Positions 13,198 to 27,720 of a stretch of 64,000 nt of DNA are shown piece after piece; positions within the stretch are counted from its first letter, which is position 1; every line of letters begins with the position of its first letter. Source of the stretch: Octopus bimaculoides (Eukaryota); NCBI RefSeq assembly GCF_001194135.2, contig NC_068992.1:31022397-31086396 (forward strand). Direction: 5' to 3'. Both the position numbers and the translations under genes were made by a program. The notes below the pieces were generated by a model. The model searched no databases. It had not been told where the DNA came from and saw nothing but the letters and a program-made list of their open reading frames with translations.

Positions 13198-14459
13198 TGG
13201 GTGTGCACGTGCGTGTGGTGGAGTATATAGGTGTTTAAGACTGTATGTAAATAGCGTTTTCTTCACCTTCATAACCAGCTGTTTCTTTGCAGACATACAA
13301 CTTGTCTGATTCTGTTTCTACTGCAACACATTAGATTACGGCATTTTGTTCTAATGTAGTTTTGTTAGAAATAGTTTCAGTCATTTGTTAAGAATAATAC
13401 AACCATCAATTCCGCGCTAGCATATTCATCAGAAATGCTTTTTTTGTTTTTTTTAGGTGTGATATTGACAGACATACAACTGAAAGTAGGGACAGAAACA
13501 TCCCGCTTCTCCCTAAGAGCAGTAAGCATATAAGCCACACATGATTTTGTGTCGTTTTGTGACCAGTTTGAAAACGTAATTCAAAGAGTGATACGACTGG
13601 ACCACAGGATGCTCAGATGAAAGTATTGTTGGTCCCTCTAAACAGGATTGACTATTTTTTCAATAACGTCGTTGCATCAATTCATTGAAAATCCGTATAC
13701 TTTTAACGGGGGTTGATTCATTCATGCAATAAACGGTATGCCCCTTTATGTAATGCATGCTATCGAGACAAACTGCGTTTCTTGTATGTATATATTTACA
13801 CAAAAGCTATTGCACGCACACAACATTTTATTATGGCAAGGTTGACGAAAAAATAAGTTCCTAGAAAACGTTTATATGAAAGAAATACTTGGAATCATCC
13901 GAATGCAGTCAACGGGCAGAAAAATGGAGGAAATGTCTCCTGGTGGATTATTTAAGGGTTTGTTGGCGGTTTTACAGAAACCAAGATGTAATATCCTCCT
14001 GGTTCGCCAATGATTACTACTCTTCTTACCTAGCAAGCAAGTTATGGTTGTCAGTTTAGTGTTCAAGGCCCCGATCATGCATACATGTATGCATACATAC
14101 ATACATACATACATACATACATGAATTCATACATACATACAGTATCATAATCTATGTTCTGTGTTAGGAAGTTGTGAATGAAAATGTTTGCTTCTTCTCT
14201 GAGGTATGTACAACAACCCCTGCAACGTTCCATCAGTCTCCCTACTCATTCTTTTGGAATCAAAACCATAAACACCGTTTATTATATTCAAAATACTTAT
14301 CTCACAGTCAACCTTTATAGCATTTAAATTACACTCAAACAAATGCACCCGCCTCACTCACATACATAAAACATACGTAAATACGCTTGTATAAACATAC
14401 ATGACTGCAACTCGAACAATGTCATTGCTTGGTCGTTCCTTTATATGTAACTATCACGG

Positions 14460-14860
14460 ATGCGGTATTTATGTGCTTCTATGCACCTAAACATTTTCAC
14501 AAGAGTAGTAACAACGGGCAACTCTTGTAACAGCTTGTGAGAGAGATTACCTCTTACAACGACATATCCGTTCATCTTATCATGGAACTTTTAATTGCGT
14601 ACTTGCATTCTTCGGCTAAGGGCAGACAAATTATACAACACAAGTTAGTGATATTAATAGAAATTTTTACAAACATGAAAGCTTGTCGCTGAAGGAATTT
14701 AAAGTGAGAAATGACCTTGCATATGTTAAAACTCATTCTCTAAATAACGTTGGCATTTCCCCAGAAAGAAGAACGCGCCTACATCATCGGATGCTCATAA
14801 AGTTGCAGGTGTTACATGAGAGACTTCTTCGCAAGAGATATCTTATGAAATAGTATGGAT
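14460..14860 (-). pseudogene. putative decayed exon(s), cadherin-repeat-like
   Basis: Translations DISCEEVSHVTPATL*ASDDVGA then (frameshift) GNANVI*R, similar to A-x-D-x-D-x-G-x-N-A-x-V-x-Y. Also KFHDKMNGYVVVRGNL (14581-14543), similar to F-x-I-D-x-x-x-G-x-I-x-V-x-x-x-L-D. Confidence 0.45.
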
Positions 14861-15077
14861 AGTTCTTACCCAGCTTGTTTGTAAGCTGTTGATTCTACTG
14901 AGGTCATCCGTATTTTGACACGTTTTTCAACCTGGAGGTTGACTAACGAATACTGGCCTCCTTACCAAGCGGGCTTACTGCGATTGTCAGTTCGCACGTC
15001 ACCATACCGACCTTACACAAACACACACACTCACACACACATATATACACATATATATCTATATATATATATAAGTG

Positions 15078-15130
<53 letters not shown>

Positions 15131-15164
15131 ATATGTATATAATATATACCTACATATGTGTGCG

Positions 15165-15196
<32 letters not shown>

Positions 15197-16047
15197 GAGA
15201 CACGTGCGTTCAAACATGCTTTCATGTATGCATACATGTATACAAACATAGTGTATGAATATAGTTCAGCCAGCGTTTCTGTATCGAGAAAACGGATTCA
15301 TGGGATATTAGTATCTAATTAGTTTTAAAAAAAACTCTCTGGAAATAATAATTTTGCATATGCTAGAAAACATACAATGCTTTTAAAATATTTCTATAAA
15401 TATTTCGCTATGTAACTTAAAATATTTTTGGACAAATCTCATGAAACGTTGATATATTTAGTGTTGCTTCAACAAGCGCGCAGATGGTGATACAGTGTTT
15501 GAATGAGTTGGTTATATATAGAAGTGTATCGAGGGAATCAAGGTTGAAATAAAAGGAGGGACTCGAATGACATAAGATAGTAGTAATGAAAAACACTGAA
15601 ATAAAAGTTGGTATAAAAGGAAAAAAGATGGTCATAGATTAAGTCACGAGTAATTTTCATTTTAAGAAAATGTTAAAGAAAATATGAGCTACGATAACGC
15701 GGGAGTTAATATAAAAATGCGTTAAAGATATGAAATAGTAAAAATGAAAATAAGCCAATAAACGGTTGCAGGACACCTTACTATATATTCCGAAGAACGT
15801 TTTGGTTATATAATCTATAATTTAGGCTTGTAAATGAAATGAGTTAGTAGATGGTTCTCTCCCTCCCCCCTCTCTCTCTCTCCCCCTCTCTCTCTCTCNN
15901 NNNNNNNNNNNNNNNNNNNNNNNNNNNNNNNNNNNNNNNNNNNNNNNNNNNNNNNNNNNNNNNNNNNNNNNNNNNNNNNNNNNNNNNNNNNNNNNNNNNN
16001 NNNNNNNNNNNNNNNNNNNNNNNNNNNNNNNNNNNNNCTCTCTCTCC

Positions 16048-16080
<33 letters not shown>

Positions 16081-17289
16081 CTCTCTCTCATATGCCAATT
16101 ATATTTATTTTGATAAATAGTAATTGCTTACTCAGTAACGTATGTTAAGCCCAGAATGATAAAATAAAATGCACCTATATACCTATATGTATACTTACAT
16201 TTGCAGTTGAAGGAAAGACATCATATTTTATTCTTCTCGCTGCTATGTTACGGCTGAAATGCAGAGAAATGCGAATTGATTGCAACAGATAGCACAGAAA
16301 GTGTGAATTTTCTTTGAAATATTTACAATATTGTATTATTAAATTAAACGATCATCTGGTGTCGTCTTTGAATTCCCAATTGTAATAGTTCTCAGTGAAT
16401 GAACATTGCAATTTCTTTTTCCATTTTCCTCACCATTTCTATAGAAAACCGTCCATTCAGCTGATTTTATTTTATTTGTAATCGAAATTTAATATTTTAA
16501 TATTCTGTATTGTCTTTGTGTTCCTTTGATAAAATTGAGAAGAAAGAGCGGCGGAAATGTGCATTATCCTGTAAGCATATAAAATTGGCAAATGCTAATG
16601 AAAATTGGTAATTAGTTTGGAAATATTTAAACAAGTCTGTTGTGATCTTAATAGTTTTGTAAAATTGCATAACAAGCAAAACATTTGTTAGAGAATCAAA
16701 AATAACTTCCGTTCCTTGGATTTAATCGATCACCTTCAATTGTCATTTCCCCCTTTATTCCATATGTTAAATGTTTATGAAAAAAATAAAGAGAAAAGAA
16801 GTAAAAAAAAACCAGAGAACAATAATTTGATTGTTTTATCTTCCAGAACGATGAAATCGACATGAACATTTGTGAAATTGTTCAACTGGAAATTAGAAGA
16901 AATTCATATTGCATTGATTATGTCAATTGTTCGTCTTCGTTCCTGGAGTATATAATGAGATCAAGTTGGATGTTAAACTGTGCAGTCTATAAAATAATTT
17001 TATTTCCAAATATATCGCTACATTCTAGGAAAAGCTTAATTCATTACAAAATAAAACGTAAGTAAACAGTGATTTAGCTAAATGAAGATACATAAGCATA
17101 TAAGATGGATTTATGACCAGAACATCGAAATAAAGAATAACATGTCGTAAGCATTTTAATTATATTTATTTAGCACTGCAGTCTGCTATAGATAATGTCT
17201 TTTGTTACTATCATCCAAATACCATTCATTGATTTCTGGGATTCTGTAAGGCTAAAATACCAATGTTTTCGGGAACTCAAAGTAGAGCA

Positions 17290-17301
17290 AATATGTGTGC
17301 G

Positions 17302-17356
<55 letters not shown>

Positions 17357-17400
17357 GTATGTATGTATGTATGTATGTATATATGTATGTATGTATGTAC
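17290..17400. repeat. (ATGT)n tetranucleotide microsatellite
   Basis: Directly visible. Confidence 0.95.
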
Positions 17401-17484
17401 AAATTTATGAATGTATGATTGTATCTAAGTATATATGAGTATAAATAGTTGCATGTATACATAATTATAGGTATATATACAAAT

Positions 17485-17760
17485 GTGAAAGCGCGTAGCT
17501 TACTGAGTAGTGTATTCGGCTCACGATCGTAAGGTTTTGAGTTCAATTAGAAGTAACGCTTTGTGTTCCTGGGCAAGAAACCTTATTTCACGTTGCTCCA
17601 GCCCACTCAGTTAGCGGAAACCAGTAGTACCAGTAGTTCACAGGGCTAGCTATATCGCGTTGTGTGTAACGCTAAATCTCCCCCAGTACTACTTTAAGGG
17701 TACACGTGTCTGTGAGGCGTCTGTGGGGTGCTCAGCCACTTGCACGTTAATTTCACGAAA
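17485..17760 (+). mobile_element. tRNA-derived CORE-like SINE
   Basis: tRNA-like head (GCGCGTAGCTTA..GTATTCGGCTCACGATCGTAAGGTTTTGAGTTCAATT), followed by a CORE-like TGTGTTCCTGGGCAAGAAACCTTATTTCAC box. Confidence 0.7.
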
Positions 17761-18684
17761 TAGAGTGTTTCTGTGTAGGTAGTTCGATTCACAGATTATA
17801 ATTCAATGCAGACTATGTTTAGAGCTATAGGGAGTGGATTGGAACTTCATGTTTTAGTGAAATGTCAGTCTTAATCACACAAACATTTAGATATCATATT
17901 CTCTAATGAAACAATCGATCTATTTTATTCGAATCGATTATTCATTTAACTTTTGCATAATCACATACACGATGAAATATTATATTCTAAGATTCATATG
18001 TTTACAAAAAAGTTGAAATTGTAAGTGTAGCTGCAAACCTACTGCAAATTAGAGATATTCGTCTTCCAATAAAATGCACAGCTATCCACGATTATATCCT
18101 TAACGAAAGACTCTTTTCAGAAATATATAACTGTGTAAGCCAAAGCGCCATATATCAAGAATACAAACCGTAACAGTCTTTCTTTTGGTGTCATAATCTT
18201 TTCCCTTGCCTCTGAGAATAACATACGAAATGAAAATCTGTAGATAACATTTTTTTGGGAAATTTACATTAATTTACAGATATGAAAATCATTATCATCG
18301 CATTTTGTTTTTAGTGAGGATGCTATTTGGTCAATTTTCCTATACAACTATTAATATTGAATTGGAAATCTTACAAATACTAAATTGGCTGGTGATAATT
18401 CACTTTAGGCATAAACTTACGATGATTCTTGACAAAAATCTATTTGTTCACTATTTCGTGAACTTGATAAAATTTGTCACTACGATATCAATATGAAATG
18501 TATAAATGTAGATTATAAATTTAAATTTGTATGAAACAATAAACGAAGCCTTATGTTTGCTAAGAGATATGAATATGAAATGATGATTATGTATGTAGAA
18601 GGACAAAGTACAACGATTTGAAAAATTCAGTTTATGTGTGTTCTTAAGTAAATCAGACAAAAACCACCATTCTTGAAAGAATAT

Positions 18685-18856
18685 GTACGCAGGCGTGTCT
18701 GTATGTTAGAAAGCTTGCTAGCCATCCACATGGTTTCAGTTTCAGTCCCACGGCGTGGTTACATGGATCAGTGTCTACTACTATAGCTTCGGACTGGCAA
18801 TAAGAATGTGAATGGATTGAGTGAATATGGTAGTCAGAAGCAGAAAAAAGTCCGTC

Positions 18857-18888
<32 letters not shown>

Positions 18889-18890
18889 GC

Positions 18891-18977
<87 letters not shown>

Positions 18978-19205
18978 TGTGTGTGTGTTTGTGATTGCGG
19001 TTCTCTTCATCACTCCTTGACAGCCGGCGTTATTGTGTTTACTTTCCAGTAACTTAGTGTGTCTTCAAAAGTAACCGAGAGAAGTATCAAGCTTTAAAAA
19101 CATAAGTTCTAGGAGCGATACATTTGACTAAAATTACAAGGTGTTGCCACAGCATTGCCACAGCATTGCTGCAGTCAAATGACGGAAACGAATATATGAT
19201 AAAAG
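18685..19205 (+). mobile_element. full-length tRNA-derived SINE with internal (TA)/(GA)/(TG) microsatellite
   Basis: Head GCAGGCGTGTCTGTATGTTAGAAAGCTTGCT..CCACATGGTTTCAGTTTCAGTCCCAC, internal microsatellite, 3' ..GCTGCAGTCAAATGACGGAAAC. Collinear with the copy at 59397-59803. Confidence 0.8.
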
Positions 19206-19928
19206 AAATGAACATAAAAATGAAACTGTGTTTTGACAAGAATTTATATGTAACGTCAGATGTACACGAATTGTGTATTAAATTTATATAACTACTCAAA
19301 TTAAAATATTCTAAAATAAATCCTTTACACTAAAGAAAATTCTGGGGAAAAATGGAAACTTTCAGCAAAGAGTTGCCAGTGAGAAATACGATTACGCGTC
19401 ACCAGAATGTCCAGCGGTATCAGTAGTGAGAGAATGGCCGCAACGAAATCTAGACTAAATACAGTTTTGTTCACATTTTTGTTCACATTTGCTTTACATT
19501 GTGTACATTTATTTGATATACATCCTACAATGCCATCGAACGGAATCATTTGTTTGTGGGGCAAAAATCTTTCCAAGTAATAATTCAGATTACGTATTAA
19601 TGCTAAGTGGATCAAATTTTTCTACATTTCTTTGCAGTTTGGCTTTAACTTTGATCCTTCTATAGGTAAAAAGTTTTCAGACAAGTCCTTTACGATAGTT
19701 CAAACTTGCAAAACTAAACAGCAATTCTATCTAAGTGGGAAAGGGAACCAGGAAGTAGCCATTTTGAAATTCACCGTTGAAATGAACGAAATGGAACGGC
19801 TAATATCGAGATTATAGAACAGTATTGTTTGAATGCTATGAGAGAAAAAAATTCTTATATTGGATGTACTAATGCTGTAAGACGGGGTACTGGCGGAATA
19901 ATCACTGGTTCGGGAAAATGTTGCTATG

Positions 19929-20047
19929 GTTAACTTATCCTTTCATCCTTTCGAGACGATAAATTAAAAACCAGTAGAGCACTGTGATGGGTCTAATCGA
20001 TTTAGCACCACCTTAAACTTGCCGGCCTTGTGCCTAAATTTGAAACT
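19929..20047 (+). mobile_element. SINE fragment (TTTCATCC..GATAAATTAAGTACCAG family)
   Basis: Shares TTTCATCCT..ATAAATTAA..ACCAGT..CTAATCG..GGCCTTGTGC with the 37755-37919 copy. Confidence 0.6.
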
Positions 20048-20559
20048 GCAATATTGGATACTGCAGAGAATATTGATAATCAATTATATTCTAAGACTAA
20101 TAGTGAATGACAACTCTTTTTGATGAATATTTTCCAGAAACTTTCAGGTCTCATGTGTAAATTTGAATGTCTGGCACCAAGGTACAATAAGTGGTTATTT
20201 GTTTATATACCAACCAGTAAATAAGTGATAAATGGATAAATGACCATGATAAGTTTTGAAATTAGAACAGACACTAATCATTGCTGAAAATCTGCTGCTG
20301 CACCATATTCTCATAAGAAGATGGCTATTTGTTTTTAAATATCGATATTTCATACAACGTTAAGTATGTTCTTGAAAGATAAGGACTTTCACATAGCACT
20401 GAAATTGTAAATCAATTTTGGCAAATAGTTAGATAACATTTAATATGATTAAAATATTTTAGAGAAATTCTAGTAAATACATTGAATCAACGTCCCAAAA
20501 TGTAAAGAAAAAAGGTTGAAGTAAATTAACATATGTCAAGCAATAAGTCGTTAGATGTT

Positions 20560-21150
20560 TTGCAAACAACTTGCACATGCAAGTGCTACCAGTCGAGAAC
20601 ACCGCATCCCGGAAGCCAGCAAGTGTAGGGGGACATCAGGAAAGAATGCCCGCCATTTTGGGGCCTACCTCTTGACGGTATCAATGCACAACGGCCTCCT
20701 CATTGATATGAGGCCCCGCTTACTAGGTGAACTGGTTATTAAATAAAACTAAATATTCTTTAAGCCATCGCTCATCGTCTCTCTTTAACCAAATCCAGTA
20801 GCTAACGTTTTCGACTATAGTTTGAATATCGATCATGGTGGTATTTACTTTACAACGAGTTAAGCCTAACAATAACAACAGTCATCTCATACTGTGTCCA
20901 ATAAACCCTCTACATCTGACTTCGATTGGAAAATGTTCCGCTATCCAGCATGGGTCTCCACATTCCTCGAGGTGGTTTACATAACGGTCAATCTTTCGAG
21001 CCCGAGCGGCGTCCATGTCATCTTCATGAGAAACCATTAACTCGATTAGATTCACAAATTTCTTTCCTTCACACCACATTAAAATGTCCGGTTTTTCCGT
21101 AACTGGGATGGGTAAGTGTCCCTGGCACACTGGTAAATCCGCAGCCACTT
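20560..21150 (-). mobile_element. HERO-like RLE non-LTR retrotransposon, 3' fragment
   Basis: ORF 20882..21148 reads KPDILMWCEGKKFVNLIELMVSHE..ARARKIDRY..FPIEVRCRGF (RLE PD..ELTVPWE..PVEVGCRGF), then SYWIWLKRDD at ~20800-20775 and a GC-richer 3' UTR. Confidence 0.78.
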
Positions 21151-22145
21151 CCCAATAACCGTTCTACTTTTCATCGTTCACAGAAAAATAGTCTTTAACT
21201 AAACTATACATAGAAAACGTAGTGTACTGAAATTATATAAATACGATAATAAAATTGCTGTAATTGTGTGTTGATTTGAGTAAAAGTTCAAGAAAAATAA
21301 TTATTATATGTTTACAGAAAACATAACAAATATTTCATAAAAAAAAATGAAACACTTTCGAAAGATAAATGGATAAAAGAAAACTAAACAAAATAAACTC
21401 CATAAAAAAAGAATCAATAAAGTTACCTTGAACAAAAATAATTACCAAAACACAATGATGGATTAGATTCGAGTCATTGTGGGAGTGTAGTGGTTTGCTA
21501 TTGACAACTACGAGTTCATCGATGAAAAATAATGTAGGAATGCTACTGAATATTTGAGTAGGAAAACAGATCTATCAACTAATTTGAATAGTGCTATAAA
21601 GGGTTCTGATATCAAATAGTTGCACCTATTGTTAAATCTGTCACATTGGGGAATATGTAGATATTCATTAAATGAATTTAGCAGCTCTTTCTTTATTGAA
21701 ATATCTCTGATTGCATCACTTTTATAGATGACCAGGGAAATAAGAGTTGCTCATAAAAACCTAATCTCAGCTAGACATCATTTTTCATTTTCTTTAACTA
21801 TTCTAGTATCAGAGCCTACATTCCCATGTGTTTTAATGGTGCATGATAAAACCAATTTAGCTTTAGAAGAGGATTGGTTTGAAAGTTTTCAAAGAAAAAT
21901 TTACATATTACGAGTGATTAGATTTCTGATTAGTAATTTTGAATTTTCTAAGCAGGATGTAGTGTAAAAGGAATAAATTGTTTCGGTGATGTACAAAGAA
22001 CAGAAAGAATGTTGCATAGATCATAAGTAGAAACTAAGTAATATAGAGAAGGGTATGAGAATATGCGCATATGCAAGAGTATACATATGCATATATACAC
22101 ACACAAACACGCAAACACATAACAACACACACATACATATATATT

Positions 22146-23384
22146 TATTGGGTCAGCCCATAAATAATGCTGTTTTTTCATTTGCATGAACTAAAAGTCG
22201 GAGGGGGACGGGATAAAATACCTGCATCAACTTGCTATAAAAGCAGGTTGTCATTTTACCTTCTACTTATTCTTAGTGCAAAACATTCAAAAGTGCATTT
22301 CGATTTTAACAATTATGTTTTTAAAGCTATATTGGATGTGACAAATGAGCGTATTTGGCATATTTTTCTTTATGAGTTCAATAAATGCAACAATGCATAT
22401 AGGGAAATCGGACAATAAGCGGAAGCCAGTGTCAACGGTGATTCCATAACTTCCGGGCCGTAGACTAGAGGACGAGAGGACGAGCCTCGTCCTGGAAAAT
22501 CTGTAGAGCTCGATGAGGACGTCTGCAAACACTGGTGGAACAAAATCTCATCATAGCTGTTGAGGAACTATGTGAGAATCTTGGATTTGGTCATTCAAGC
22601 AGTCATCGACACTTAAGATCCATCGGAAAAGTCAGCAAATTGGGTCAATGTGTTCCTTACAAACTTTTGGCATCTAATGATAAGCAGAGAGTGAATGTGT
22701 GCTTTTCTTTGGTGTCACGTCTTACGAATGAACATTTTTGGACCGAAGGGTGACTGGTGACGAGAAGTGGCTTCTTTATGAAAATGTCAAACGCCGAAAA
22801 CAGTGGGTCGGGAAAGGAAAAACAACGGCATCCGAGGCTATTTACGGTCTTTATCCATGTAAGGTGTTGTTATCGGTTTTGTGGGACATGAAGTTTGTAT
22901 CCGAAACCAAACGATAAGAAAGGTGTTCTACTATGAGGAGCTTGAGCGGCTTAAGTCAGCGCTATAAAAGAGAAACGACTATTTTCGGTTTCAAGACGAA
23001 AGGTTGTTCTTTATCAGGATAATGCTCGGCCACATACAGCGAGGGTGACATTCCAAAGGGTGAAGCAGTTTAAATGGGAAACGATGTCCCATCTGCCATA
23101 TCCGACGGATATTGCCCTATCGAATTATCACTTATTCCGCAGTCTTCAAAATCATTTGGATGGAAATTGATGAATTCTGTAGACGAGGTCAGAACTGTAC
23201 TGGAGAGTATTTTTCGTTACGGACAAGTGAGTTTCGAAGAGGAGCCTTTGAAATCTACTAGACAGATGGAAGAGCATTGTAGAATATGAAGAAACGTATA
23301 TTCTGGATTAAAAAAGAATTTTGCTTAACTTAATTTTGAAAAATAAAGCATAAAAGACTACATTATTTATGGGATGACGCAATA
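22146..23384 (+). mobile_element. full-length decayed mariner (DD34D) with both TIRs
   Basis: Left TIR TATTGGGTCAGCCCATAAATAATG (22146-22169) matches the reverse complement of 23361-23384 at 22/24. Motifs RIWHIFLYEFNK, VTGDEKWLLYENVKR, LYQDNARPHTA and PPYPTDIALSNYHLFRSLQNHL are present, with several frameshifts. Confidence 0.92.
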
Positions 23385-24613
23385 CACACACACATACAAA
23401 ATCACACACACACACAAACACACACACACAGACACACACACAAAACACACACATACACACACACGCACAAACACACGTACATGCATTTCTGACACATTGC
23501 ATGTGTTCATGTGCGTGCGTGTGCGTGAGAGTGTGCGTGTACAGACGCTTTTGTTTAGCAGTTGATGCGTGCTTGTTTGAATGTTGTATATATATATATA
23601 TATTAATTCAAGTGCACAGTAACATATATCCATTACAGCCTTCTTACTAGTTTGTTTTGTACTAGGGGTTCAACGGAGTGTTAAACAACAGCCCATTTAT
23701 GTAACCTGTGATCTTCAGAGACACCAGGTATGGAATAGAAAGTTATGTCCTATATTCAAAAGTCGAACGCTATTGCACGAATTGTCTACTCGCCAATTAA
23801 GGAGTCTCTTGCATTTAACCAATCAGCAAATGTGTGACGAAAACAATTGTATTTGAAAATCCACAATGGATGCGTATGTAAAAATTCACAGTGCGTGTGA
23901 CTATACAGACAAGTTGGCTGTATATTCGGCACTGGGGGATTTATGAGTTTCGTAATTGACACAATGCAACGTGCCCTAAGAGAAACATAAGTACGGTATA
24001 TCCTGATGGTGTGTATATTAGAAAATACCACTGTTGTACCAACAGATTAAAATACAATTTCAATTGGATTGTTTTCGATCAGATAATTCAACAGTTCTCA
24101 ACAATGGCACAGTTAATACAATAATTGAAGTACCGGAAACTTCACCTGAGGTTTAATAACACCTGTTTCAATACATAAGATCATCACGAACAAGTTAGGA
24201 AAGAGTACAGAGAAGCGAAGTGGATATCGTGACCCTCCCAAGAGAACAAAGTCCGCATTCAGCGAAAATAACCAAAGAACAAATAAATTCAATTGGATGG
24301 GAAACCCTACATCACAATGCGTACCTATCACCACCGGGTTTCCACTTACTTTCGTAAATGGTGATTTGAAAAATGTTCAGAAATGATGACGATGTAGGAA
24401 AGGGACGCGAAAGGTTCTTCTCTTGTTCTTAACCTTATACTTTTACCCAAGGAATCAAAATTTGTTTGAAATTAGAGAATTACTGAGGAGGGCGACTTTA
24501 TTTTATATGAATAAGTATATTTATTATGTTTCTCTTCGATTCGATCTCATTACTCAGGATATCAGATTACTTTTAAGTATCACTTATATATGTATATATG
24601 TACAGGGAACATG

Positions 24614-25784
24614 TACACAGAGGGGCATAGAGATCTCCCACATTTTGAATGGGTATTAAAAAAGAACACAACTATCTAGGAAAAAAACTGATTATATTTG
24701 TATAAAGGATATAAAAAAATATTTTTGCTTTAATGTGTTTCAAAAAGTATATCAGAAAAATGGCGGCTGTCGTTGGCAATTCATTGATGGAGTCGTTCCT
24801 GGAAGTTCTCCCTGACTCTCCGTATCATCTCAGGTAGAATGCTGTCGATTACTTCCCTGATATTTGCCTTTAAATCCACAAAGGTTCAAGGGTGCTGTTG
24901 GAAAATCTTTTCCGTTAGGTATCTCCAATGGAGAATTTCACAAGGGCTTAAATCTAGTATCCTTGCCAGCAACCCAACGTCTTCCCTTCAAGAGATCAGA
25001 CGCCCAGAAAATATTTCGATCGACACGCCGAGTGAACATCATGCTGTGTGACCTATGGCCCCATCCTGTTGAAACCGAATATGTTCAGTATCTCAATCGT
25101 CCAGTTTGGGGAGCAGAAACGTCTCCAGCATTTCAGCATACCAGGCAGAGATAGCAGTTACTGTTGCCCCACCTTCTTGAAGAAAATACAGGCCAATAAC
25201 ATCAAAGTCGGCAACTTCAAACTGTTATGCGAAGAGACAAATGTGGTCGTTGGTGGAGTTCATGACGATTCTCATCAGCATGGTAGCGAAAATTATGATT
25301 GTGTACAACTCCATTGATATGGAAGTGATCCTCATCTGGACTCAGAAGAACAGCTAGAGTAGGAACTTGTGCAGAAATATATGCATACAAGGCTCGGCAG
25401 TTCTTATGATCTACCTCAGTTGAATTCTTGAACCAACATTATTTTGAAAGGATGCAGTTTCAAATCGGCACGTAGAATACTCTTCAATCTACAACTTCGT
25501 ATCCCGAGTGCTACACTTTATATATGAGCCTAACGGCCTATATGTATATGATGCTCTTACTGCTGTCATACTTTCTGGAGTACTAATGGCCCTAGGAAAC
25601 GACATTAATGTATTGCCACCAACAGACACTATTTGTATGAAATACTTTTCAAAACCCATGAAAACCCAACTATCTTTAGGTACTTTTTAGAAATATAATC
25701 AGGTTTTTCCTAGGTGATTGTGTTTGTTGTATTCTTTCTTTCTATCTATTCAAAATGTGGAAGATCTTTACGCCCCCACCCTAT
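24614..25784 (-). mobile_element. Tc1/mariner element of DD41D (rosa/Visitor) type, decayed, both TIRs
   Basis: TIR core GGGGC(A/G)TA(G/A)AGATCT(C/T)CCACATTTTGAAT at ~24621-24650 and inverted at ~25748-25777. Minus translation HNHNFRY..ENRHELHQRP, YAEMLETFLLPKL, FQQDGA.GHTA, GRLISL, LDLSPCE is typical of DD41D transposases. Confidence 0.78.
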
Positions 25785-26300
25785 ATATNNNNNNNNNNNN
25801 NNNNNNNNNNNNNNNNNNNNNNNNNNNNNNNNNNNNNNNNNNNNNNNNNNNNNNNNNNNNNNNNNNNNNNNNNNNNNNNNNNNNNNNNNNNNNNNNNNNN
25901 NNNNNNNNNNNNNNNNNNNNNNNNNNNNNNNNNNNNNNNNNNNNNNNNNNNNNNNNNNNNNNNNNNNNNNNNNNNNNNNNNNNNNNNNNNNNNNNNNNNN
26001 NNNNNNNNNNNNNNNNNNNNNNNNNNNNNNNNNNNNNNNNNNNNNNNNNNNNNNNNNNNNNNNNNNNNNNNNNNNNNNNNNNNNNNNNNNNNNNNNNNNN
26101 NNNNNNNNNNNNNNNNNNNNNNNNNNNNNNNNNNNNNNNNNNNAAATTTTCAGTATGTTGGAGAAGCAACTCAATGCTAATCCCTGTATATTTATGATGA
26201 TAAATGGTTTTACCGATAAAGGTTGTTTCATACTGAACTACTTGGCAAAATTGTTAATTATTAATTCTATTATTAATTGACAATTCCCTGCCCTTATTCT

Positions 26301-26339
<39 letters not shown>

Positions 26340-26438
26340 TTACATATACGTGTGCATATAAATGCGTGTGTATATGTATGCTTTTATATATATATATGTA
26401 TATAATGCCCGTGCGTGTGTGTGGGGCAAACATATATG

Positions 26439-26604
26439 TACGACGGGCTTCTTTTATTTTCTGTCTCCGAAACCCACTCACAAGCATTACGACGGCCCGA
26501 AGCGACAGTAACAGACACTTGCCCAAGGTTTCACGCATTGCGACTGAACTCAGAACTATGTGGTTGGGAAGCAAGCTTCTTACCTCGCAGCCACTCCTAC
26601 ACCT
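26439..26604 (-). mobile_element. 5' half of tRNA-derived SINE (same family as 18685 and 59397)
   Basis: Reverse complement AGGTGTAGGAGTGGCTGCGAGGTAAGAAGCTTGCTTCCCAACCACATAGTTCTGAGTTCAGTC..CCTTGGGCAAGTGTCT..AAGAAGCCCGTCG, then a microsatellite. Confidence 0.8.
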
Positions 26605-27529
26605 TTATGTATGTATGTATTCATGCATGTATGTCCGTATTTATGTATGTATGCATCTATGTATATATATATATATGTGTATATATNNNNNNNNNNNNNN
26701 NNNNNNNNNNNNNNNNNNNNNNNNNNNNNNNNNNNNNNNNNNNNNNNNNNNNNNNNNNNNNNNNNNNNNNNNNNNNNNNNNNNNNNNNNNNNNNNNNNNN
26801 NNNNNNNNNNNNNNNNNNNNNNNNNNNNNNNNNNNNNNNNNNNNNNNNNNNNNNNNNNNNNNNNNNNNNNNNNNNNNNNNNNNNNNNNNNNNNNNNNNNN
26901 NNNNNNNNNNNNNNNNNNNNNNNNNNNNNNNNNNNNNNNNNNNNNNNNNNNNNNNNNNNNNNNNNNNNNNNNNNNNNNNNNNNNNNNNNNNNNNNNNNNN
27001 NNNNNNNNNNNNNNNNNNNNNNNNNNNNNNNNNNNNNNNNNNNNNNNNNNNNNNNNNNNNNNNNNNNNNNNNNNNNNNNNNNNNNNNNNNNNNNNNNNNN
27101 NNNNNNNNNNNNNNNNNNNNNNNNNNNNNNNNNNNNNNNNNNNNNNNNNNNNNNNNNNNNNNNNNNNNNNNNNNNNNNNNNNNNNNNNNNNNNNNNNATA
27201 TATATATATATATATATATACATGAATAAGTATACATATAATTATGCATATAATTATTGAACGTGCACGCATATATGAAGAAGAGAACTTAAAGCACAAG
27301 GAGATAGATATGAACGTAACAACCAATGGAAAACATAGATACACAGCCAAACACTCTCAGCAAGCACACATACACTGTTACAGAGACAGACAGTCAGACA
27401 AATATGCATAGAGGCTGACATACAAATTACGCTTGCGTGACTGTCTCTAACACACACACAGTACAATTCTCACAGTACAATTCTCACAGTAAGTTTATTA
27501 TTGAAAGGTTATACAAAAATCAAAGGAGA

Positions 27530-27720
27530 GTAGGAATGTGCGAAATACAGATAAGAAGTGATGCGTGGATAATTAGTATATCGACACCAATGGGACGGTA
27601 GAAGGATTTATACGTGGAACATTCCATATGATATATTGAAGGAAGAAAACCAAAGTTGTATCTGTATGCATAGGAATGGAAGCAGAAATCGTTCTTCGTA
27701 TAAACTTGGACATAACTATC
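27530..27720 (-). pseudogene. putative decayed exon, cadherin-repeat-like
   Basis: Minus frames give VQVYTKNDF and SKFIRRTISASIPMHTDTTLVF..RINPST, similar to cadherin P-x-F..S-I-P-E..G-T-x-V and F-x-I-N-P-x-T-G. Confidence 0.33.

Noticed and set aside
13560-14060. Possible Tc1-like transposase remnants (WTTGCSDE, KNGGNV)
   Set aside because: Motifs are too short, spacing is inconsistent, and no TIRs were found.
19325-19615. ORF resembling GPCR TM1-TM2 (GIVGC..VFSLDFVAAIL)
   Set aside because: It lacks the key N1.50 and D2.50 residues. An alternative weak cadherin-like reading (SLDFV, TDTAGHSG) is equally plausible, so it is left uncalled.
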